Origin: Balanoglossus misakiensis
Taxonomy: Eukaryota > Animalia > Hemichordata
Length of the DNA: 64,000 bases
Assembly (NCBI GenBank): GCA_040954595.2
Contig: CM082585.2
Span: 11,575,451-11,639,450, forward strand
Direction of reading: 5' to 3'
Each line of letters opens with the position of its first letter. Position 1 is the first letter of the stretch. The translations under genes and the position numbers were made by a program. Shown here piece by piece: positions 40,601 to 48,876 of the stretch. The notes under the pieces are model-generated. The model ran no database searches. It worked only from the letters and a program-made list of their open reading frames with translations, and was not told the DNA's origin.

Positions 40601-42930
40601 TACATCATGTGTGTTTGAGATCACAAAATAAGGCCATGACTTCCAAATATGGATAACAAGAGCGGTACTCCTTAACTGAGTGACAGTTATGCCTGCCAAG
40701 GCAACATTGTTCAACTTGAAATGTGAGCCTGTGTTTGACTTTGGTACTGGACCCAGGAATATTGTACACTACAATCCACAAGGAACCAATATCCTTTTGA
40801 TATACGTTTAGTGTCACTGTTCAATTTTCTATACATATAGTTCAGATAGATGATACAGACAGACACTGTAGCATGCACACATTCACACGTGCGTGCACCT
40901 ACACAAACACACACGTACACACATGCACATGTGCCACAAGCTCACCGACATGAGAATATAAATGAACTTTAACAAAATTTTCCCTAACTGTCGTCACTTA
41001 TTTGCTTGGCTGGATTTGGTAACCTGAGAGGAAACATGGTAAGTTAATTATGCAAGGAAAAGGTGTGCAGAGTTTAACAAAAATTGTAACGTTTCTCCCA
41101 CTGGACCGTGTACTGTTTGTCTTGCCTCACATGAAAATGTCCTCCATGTAAATTTCGTAGCCACGCATGACCTTGCAGAGTCTTGTGGAGTTCTGACAAT
41201 AACGCATCTTAAAATGTTGAATTTCAGGAATTCTGGGATCGCAAGAATCTGAAGAATATCAGCAAGATGACCGCCAGTGATTCGACTCACTTTGAATGGT
41301 CTCCAGATGGCGCTCACTTCTTGACTTCTACATGTTCACCCAGGTTGAGAGTAGGAAATGGGTGAGAGAGGGGGTACTTTATGGGATAAGCTGGGCTTTG
41401 TGGGGGCAGATAGGTTCATAACCTGGGTATGTCATTTAAGTGACTTGTCTCATTGGAGCATGTGTCTTTATAAAACACTGTCTGGGAGTAATGAATATAC
41501 AGTGGCTGATTTCATGGTTTGATTAGTTCGATGTCTTCAAAGCAGTGAGGTGGATGTCAATCAATTATTACAGAATACAATTTTGTGTACTTAGGTTCAA
41601 AGTCTGGCACTATACAGGAAGTTTACTGTACGAGACAGAAGTAGGGGAATTGTGGGAAGCCACCTGGCAGAGTTTCCTAGAGGGAGTGCTCCCAGAGAAA
41701 CCAATAGTGTACCAAGCTGTTCCATCATCCGTCAGCCCCTCCAAACCAGAAGCAAAACCTAATGCATACAGACCCCCAGCCCTGCGAGGACAGCCCCACA
41801 AAGCCATTAGCGTGGTAAGTACAGAAATCTAGTAGAATCAAAAATTGTGAATTGTTACATTACCAGTTATGTTGAGTTGTCCAAATTTAACGTAAAGAAT
41901 ATAGTGCACTTTGCAATAGTGTAGGTACAAAACTGACAGGTCAAATCCTCGTCTGTTTTTCCAGCACGCTCGGGAGGAGGAATTGCCACAGAATATGAAA
42001 CCCAAAGGAGACAGTGGTAAGAAATGCTACATTTTCTCCAGAAGTGTGAATTGCGCCCTCTATGCCAACAGAGTGAATGAATGGGGGATGGAAAAAAGAC
42101 AGATCCAGTCTTGTTTGAAAGTGGTTGACTATTCAAACTGCTTTGTCAGTTATGTTATGCCCCTTTTCTTCTTTTTTACAGAACATTTATCAAAGTCTGC
42201 TCTGAGGAATAAAAAGAAAAGAGAATCGAAAGCAAAAGGCAAACACGAGGTGAGGATTTGTTAAGATTAGTTTGAGTGTGATAAGGGGAAAGAACATTGG
42301 TCATCTTAACAGACAGAATAGATGTCTGTGATATCTAATAGTATTTTTGTTTTCAAATTTGAAGGATGAGTTATCCCAGGAAAAACGAGATGCCATCGCC
42401 ATGGCAGCCTACGTCATGGCTCCATCTCAACCAGCACCACATGTCCAGAATACTTTTGACCCAGACAGCAGTGGTGCCGATCCTGAGACAGAGAAAAAAA
42501 TCAAAGGACTGAGAAAGGTAGACCTATATTTTTAGTTTTTTGCAGATGTAGTCTAAAGGGAATAGAGACTCTTAAAATATTAACAACCCCATGTTGGATG
42601 AAAACCAACCAAAAATCTGTACTTGGAATGGATTTTGGTGCCATTTTCCAAACATATCAAATTTTCAACATTGAACACAATATAGATACCCAAGAGAGCA
42701 GATTTTTTTCAAACTGAATATTGCAAACTCTGAGCTCTGTGAAATTGGAATAGAAGTGTTGCTAGGAGATAGGTCTTTAATTTGCTTTTAAATTTGTTTT
42801 CTAGAAATTGAAGCAGATCGAGAAGCTAAAAGAACAGGCAGCATCAGGAAAGCAACTTGAGAAAAACCAGTTGGAGAAACTTGCAACGGAAGACGCCATA
42901 CTGCAAGAACTGGAAGAACTCAAACTTTAG
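37685..42930 (+). CDS. EIF2A: Eukaryotic translation initiation factor 2A (beta-propeller), multi-exon
   Basis: Starts MAAPCPLVAVRASAGTSLFQGPP, then WCPQWSSDE, YVPGSKGAPSFVRVYKYP, NKSFFKAD, VDQTGASYYGEQ, YGFMPAKATLFNLKCEPVFDFGTGPRN, LAGFGNLRG and AYRPPALRG. Ends KKLKQIEKLK...LEKNQLEK...ELEELKL*. Confidence 0.97.
40448..40686 (+). other. U12-type (minor spliceosome) GT-AG intron in EIF2A
   Basis: 5' site GTATCCTTT and branch point TCCTTAAC (40669-40676) just before the AG. Splicing restores YG-F-MPAK. Confidence 0.9.
40789..40997 (+). other. U12-type AT-AC intron in EIF2A
   Basis: 5' site ATATCCTTT, branch point TTCCCTAAC (about 40980-40988) and 3' end ...GTCAC. Splicing restores PQGT-I-ICLAGFGNLRG. 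Confidence 0.9.
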
Positions 42931-43081
42931 AAATCTTTATTCCAGGTAGCTTATTCAGTTTTCTAAGATAGTGGTCATTTTGTTATCTCTGGAGTCTTTA
43001 TAGCCAGTGCAAAATGCAAGTCAGCTGTCCAAGATGGTGGCTGTACTGTAAGCTATGGAGGAGGAAATCAGTCAACAATAT

Positions 43082-43385
43082 ACACATGATGACTGACAAT
43101 GAGGGCAACAGTGTATTTTGATGACCGAGGGCGCTGCTAGTCACAACTAAAACAGTCTTGTTTTCCCGAGGGCATAGCCCGAGGGAAAACAGACTGTTTT
43201 GGTGTGACTGGCAGTCCCGAGGTCATTAAAAATACACTGTTGCCCGAATATGTCAGCCATCATGTGTTTTATAACACACCAAACCGATCGAACTGATGCC
43301 CTAGGCAACAGTTCGAAATGACTAAGGTCACGTGACGTCGTATTGACGAATCATGATCGAGGGTTCGCTGCATGGTGTGTTATAA
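43082..43385. mobile_element. Palindromic non-autonomous DNA element in the EIF2A 3' UTR region
   Basis: An imperfect hairpin of about 85 bp (43082-43267) is followed by the inverted pair TTATAACACACCA / TGGTGTGTTATAA (43269-43385). Confidence 0.75.
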
Positions 43386-44442
43386 ACAAACATATTGACT
43401 GTCCAAGATGGCAGCCGTTATCGTAATATGACAAGTTTCTTTATGTAATCTGAAAATCATTTGAAAGTTTAGCACAATATATACAACACTCTTAAAGATT
43501 TTTTTTGCATGAGTCATAGTTCCATCCCATAGCTACTCATCTAAATCTAAATGTTATATTTTTTTTATGATCTGGTTTTTCTCCATATTCAATTTTTTTT
43601 TATTGTAAACCAAGCATCACAAGTAATCCTGTACTCTTCATTTACCGTTCCATTGTTAATCTTTTTCTTGTAAATAAAATAATAATTTTCACCATATGAT
43701 AATTATCGTGGATGGATGGAGTGTGTGATTTATGTGATCAGCAGATCTTCCTCTGAATTCAAATATTAGTTGTCAGACCAATAGTGTGTCTGGGCAACAA
43801 AGGGGTTTGTAGTAGGATAGCAGACAAACCTCTTATCATCAGAGACAGTTCTCGTGCTAGAGCACGGTGTACTTTTTATAAGTGTCATAATCTGGGCCAA
43901 GTATATTCCCCCATGACAACTAAGCTACACTCATGATCAAATCAATGAAAAAAATACACACAGGATATGATGAATCTACTTTCGGAATCATTTTATTGAC
44001 AAATCAATAATATAAAAACATAAAATCTTTCATATAAATGCTCAACATCTAAGTGTCATGATAAATTTTAAAATTTTCAATGTATTTGGGGAAAAAAATA
44101 AAAATTTTGCATTACTACATCCCTACAAGGGATTACTTTGCAGTCAAGGACAACTTTTGTCCAATACAGTAAGTGGCAACATTGTACATGTCAATAAATA
44201 TGCTCAATAATATAAGAACACTTGATAGCAAGTTTAAAATGTTAAATATTAATTTCCTATAAAAGGGATATTAAAATACTTTTTTTAAAATGTTCATTAA
44301 TTTCCCATAAAAGGGATATTAAAATTCTATAATGTAGTAAAAACTTCCCATTAAAGTCAACTAAGGTGCAAAATTCTGAGAAAGGTTTATTATTAAATTT
44401 AAATCTCTATAAAAATGCCCCTAACGGCTACCATGGTGACCA

Positions 44443-47403
44443 TCAAATCGTATTACTGATTACAGTATTGCGAATGTCTTGGAGGCTGAAAGCTGTGTTG
44501 AAGACAAAGTTTTCTGGGTCTTTCTGTTCCATCAGCATAATCCCTTTGCCACTGACTGCTAAGTAGAGACCTACAGAGGAAAACAAAACAGAATCTGTCT
44601 AGGTTACAATATTCTTGCATAGTAAAGAGTTATCTTGGATCAGATTGCAAACAAAAGTTTTTAGATGATGAGAGAAAAGTAGTAAATGTATTCATGATTG
44701 CTTACCTCTAAAATATGCTGACTCAAAGACATATCTATCTGTACCCTTAGCCCACAGTCTGCGATAAAACACTCTGCCATCAACATGTTTCAACTTCTCC
44801 AGGCTGACGAAGCCCACCTTCTGAAAAATAGAAAGCATTGGATATATTTTAAAATCCCCACTCATTTTTGGTGTGAAAGTAACCTTAGCTTTTTATATAC
44901 AAGAAAGCCATGATAACACTTTGTTTTCAAGTTTGAGAATTATTTTACCTTGAATGTCAGACTGCGATTGCGTCCTGTTGAAACGGCCAGGCACTTGTTG
45001 AATTGTTGGTTGAAGAGTACGACCGCAAGATCTGGATCGTCTGGGTTGACTTCATTTTGTATGTCGTATGGCCACAGAACTTTGTACTGGTACATTGTCC
45101 ATTGTCCTGCAATTATTCACAGAAGGAATAGACTAATTTAGAGATAAAAAGTTCAATACTTACAATCATCTTGCATCAATCAAGATACCTTGCTGAAAAC
45201 TGTTTTCATTCTCTGCCATGTATGAACAAAAATCTGTTTTCTCTCACCTTCTTTGAAATCATTATTTGCCGCCACTACTTGCAATCGATTCCTGTCAGGC
45301 ATGGCAACAAAAGAACTGGAATCATTGGAAGGATATATATATGTGTTGTATCTGTCATAGTAATGCACCATGGGGAATCCATCATCAGATTTATCTATGT
45401 ATTCCCTCTCCAAGACAATTGTCTCAAAAACAATTTTGCCATCTGGAAATCAAACAAAATAGAATCAGATTAGCAATTGAGTGTTGCACTCAACATACAG
45501 CCAATATGTCACAGTTTCAGGGAGGAAACATGTCCTTGTGAACAAAACGAGACTGACCATCAAACTAGCATACTTGGTTTTATCTCTAACTTTTTAAAAA
45601 GAAACTTCATTGGCCAATACACCGACACACAATAATTGAAGGTGGTGTAAAAACTCACTGTCAATCAGAATGTCTATCTTGATTTCAATAAATGTGTACA
45701 CTTCAGTTGGTCCGTCATCTTCATCATCATCATCATCGTCGTCATCATCAGGCTCAAGTTCTATCTTTCTCTTCAAGATCTGCAAACAGAAAAATATTTC
45801 CATGCTATTGAGAATTGTTTCAACTCTTTAATCACATGGCAGATGTTAGTAAATGTTCATTCAATTACACACTGTCACTGCATGAAGTAATTCTGAAAAT
45901 GTACATGCAATTTGACCACCAACTTTTGCCTACTTACAAATATAATTTGTCCGTCCATTTGATGAAAACGGTCCAAGATATCCCTGTGTTCAGCTGCTGA
46001 GACATCAAGGCCATTAACTGCATGCAGAACATCACCAACTCTGTGAGATTGAAAATATATCATGTTACAAGAGGACATTAAAGTTTGATCCAACTCGGGG
46101 AGAAAAGATTATTTTGCAGTGTTCTGCTGTGTTTGTGACAGCAGTCTTTAGTCACCTTTCAATGTTATCCAATACACAAGACCACATCAAAGCTGTGTAT
46201 GCGACTACAATGTTCCGACTAAAATACTATATGGCAGCTACAATACCTCAATTTGGTTTTCTTTACAAAATCATGTTGTTCTTCTACCGCCGTAATTTTG
46301 TGCTTCTTTCTATCTGGAGTTTTGTCGTCGACATCTGTGCTGAATTTTACTCCCAGTGAGTGAAGATGATCATCAGTGCAAGGTATTTTGATGTCAGATT
46401 CCTCATGGATTATTGGTGCTTCCTGTGCAGAAATCAATCAGTGTGTCAGTCAATACATAAAAACAATTAGTCAAGATCTGCTTTGTTTCATCATTAAAAA
46501 ACAACATGCACTAAATGCCTGTACTCTAACACTAACCAGGCATTGTCTGAAATATTATTCTGGCTTTCATTAACGTTTTTGTTTTATAAAAACAATCAAA
46601 GCAATCTTAACTTTTAGCTATTTGGTATAAAATATACTCCATTTCTGTGTTTGTAAACAAACAAACAAACAAACAAACAAACAAACAAACAAACAAACAA
46701 ACAAACAAACAAACAAACCATGAGAGAACATCCCATGGCCATATCCCTGTGATGGAGCTACACTATCTCCATCATGGGTTTTACCGATTGCATAATTTAA
46801 AGGCTATAAATAACCGAGGAATTTCCCTTACATTGCAGGGATGACAGCTCGAACTTCCGTATTTAAATACATGTACGTCCAAGATTGCCTAGCGAATTTA
46901 GTGAAGTATGTACAATTTCACCATCGATGGCTGAAATATGGTTCGTGAATAACCCCACTCGTGCCACGGTGCAAGGGTCAAACCGGCGAAGAAAACGGTG
47001 AGTGATTTATAGACCGCGGAACCACCACTTGTAATGAATTATCTGAGTGAAAAAACGATCGAGAGGGTTGGGGAAAATTTGCCAATAGGATGACATGAAA
47101 TTGACAACTTACCATACTATCCTGTGCTCGTATACAAGGTGTTATCACCTCGATCACTTTGTGTTCAAAGTCTTCCAGGCGGGAATGAATTGTGCTTGTC
47201 AAAGAGCCAATGAAGGATTCACTCTCCACAGGACGCGATTTTTGAAGCCCGCTGACTCTCTCTTCTCCGCACAGCTTTCCATCAACGCTGTCGTCAAATT
47301 CACCATCGAGGCCCAGACCTCGCATGGCGGTTGTGAACGACTTCTGTTTTTTAAATGCGCGAGGATCGGGCGATCGGGATCGAGTAGTTTTTTGTCCAAT
47401 CAT
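44443..47403 (-). CDS. Putative IL-1-family cytokine precursor with a PDZ-like domain, acidic linker and C-terminal beta-trefoil-like domain (8 exons, 428 aa)
   Basis: Exons 47403-47113, 46422-46247, 46040-45938, 45779-45659, 45442-45248, 45106-44949, 44820-44706 and 44570-44443 are all GT-AG and phase-consistent, giving one open frame. PDZ-like LGVKF...LRVGDVLHAVNGLDVSAAEHRDI; IL-1-like RVFYRR...YVFESAYFRGLYLAVS...TAFSL. No signal peptide. Confidence 0.75.
46655..46718. repeat. (AAAC)16 microsatellite in intron 1 of the IL-1-like gene
   Basis: Directly visible. Confidence 0.97.
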
Positions 47404-47490
47404 GTCGAAGTCTCCGATTTTTTCAGAGTGTGTCTCAGTTAAACATCTACTAGTAAAGTTCCCAGGCTGTCGAATGCTCAGGCTGTCGAT

Positions 47491-47537
47491 ATTTATAGAC
47501 ATGGAAATCCGTGACGTGTACAGACGGGGAATTCCCC
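47491..47537 (-). promoter_or_regulatory. Core promoter of the IL-1-like gene: TATA box, CRE half-site and palindromic NF-kB site
   Basis: Minus-strand CTATAAAT (47491-47498), TGACGT (about 47512) and GGGGAATTCCCC (47526-47537). Confidence 0.7.
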
Positions 47538-48439
47538 ATCGGGAACAGTTCACTATTCAGTTGGGTAGGTCAACATTTTTGGTGGTGTTAGCAAACTTAT
47601 CAATTTCAAAACATTCGAATTATTGTAGGAAATCAAGAGTAGCGTACGCCAACCTTGGGGTCCGGTGTGTATTTTTATGACATTTTTCTTTCTTCGATAT
47701 TTTTGCAATCCCCCCTTTTAAAGTTGGTCCTGCCCACCCCTCCCGTCGTGACTTTGGTTTACACCGATCGCAACCCACACATTTCCATATTTGGCAGCTC
47801 CAGCGGAAATCAATACGAACACAGGAAGTCAGAGTCAATCGACTTTACATGATGTAATATTGCACGTGTGAAGCTCAAGAAAAGTTGGAAATGAGAAAAA
47901 AAGCATGAAACATAGAGGCTGTGCGTGATTTTTTTTATAACAAGCGTTGTCTTGTCATCTGCAAATTTTGGCAAGACAATTTGAGATGGCGGGGGGGGGG
48001 GGGAACAACACAATACACATAATTAATCTTACAGCAGTTATCATTTATTGTAAAATCTTGGATACCAAACTTAAGACCTCAACACACTACTTATTTGCAA
48101 ATAATTGGACAAAATCACTGACATTTCATTTCATTTTGGTTAATTTCTTCTATTTGGTAACTATATGAAAGTTCAAAAAATATCCTCACTAATTTACAAA
48201 TCTATTGCAAACATGATGTTGGTCATTCTTTATAGTAAAGACTTGTACTATAAAAAAATTTCATGTAAATAATTATTTTGCTACACACTACAAATCGGAC
48301 ATTCAAGGTTTCTTTGACTTTTCTGATGTGATGACCTTCGATATCTGAAAGTGTGATTATCTTTGCCAATACAGTGCAATTGGGATGATGATTAGTATCT
48401 TCCCTATCACTGCTGATAATTCAATCTTTATAGAGTGAT

Positions 48440-48532
48440 CTAACCCTTTCATCGGCATGGTTCAGTCCAAACCCATTGTTTTCTATGGTAAGGCTGGACC
48501 TCTAAAGAGCGAACTAGGGGTGAAAGGGTTAA
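48440..48532. mobile_element. Short piggyBac-like MITE, about 85 bp
   Basis: Terminal inverted repeats CCCTTTCA (48444) and TGAAAGGG (48528), flanked by CTAA and TTAA (TTAA target duplication with one mismatch). Confidence 0.55.
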
Positions 48533-48876
48533 TCTATTGGACTTCTGGAAGTTGATGCAAACATGACATTCATAAACCAAATTGAGTTTCAATTTGTATG
48601 GACATCATGTACAAACACTTGGCAGTTGGCTCTTTACAAGAAACATGTACTTTTCAGTGGTGGCGGCGTCAGCTAAAAACTGCATTTCTTGGACATAAGA
48701 TACAATTATCTACTTAAAGCAATTATAACACATTGTACATGTGTCGGACATTTCTTAAAGCTCTCAACTTTTCAGCAGCTTTTGAGTTCTACGTTTACCA
48801 AATGTCTTTTGGCCACAATTGCTGATTTCTGACACTAGCATTTGCCAGAAATTGTGATGTCATTTTAAAGTCAAAA

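Noticed and set aside
41362-41594. Hairpins in another EIF2A intron as a possible snoRNA
   Set aside because: No correctly placed H/ACA or C/D boxes, and the stems are G-U-rich and compatible with chance.
45189-45247. Longer version of exon 5 of the IL-1-like gene, ending ...TVFSK at a downstream donor
   Set aside because: That donor is phase 0 and would frameshift the next exon. The donor after 45248 (GAA G|gtgaga) keeps the frame.
47404-47553. Upstream in-frame starts for the IL-1-like gene given in the ORF track
   Set aside because: They lie upstream of the predicted TATA box and overlap the kB site, so the ATG at 47403 is preferred. TSS data are needed to confirm.
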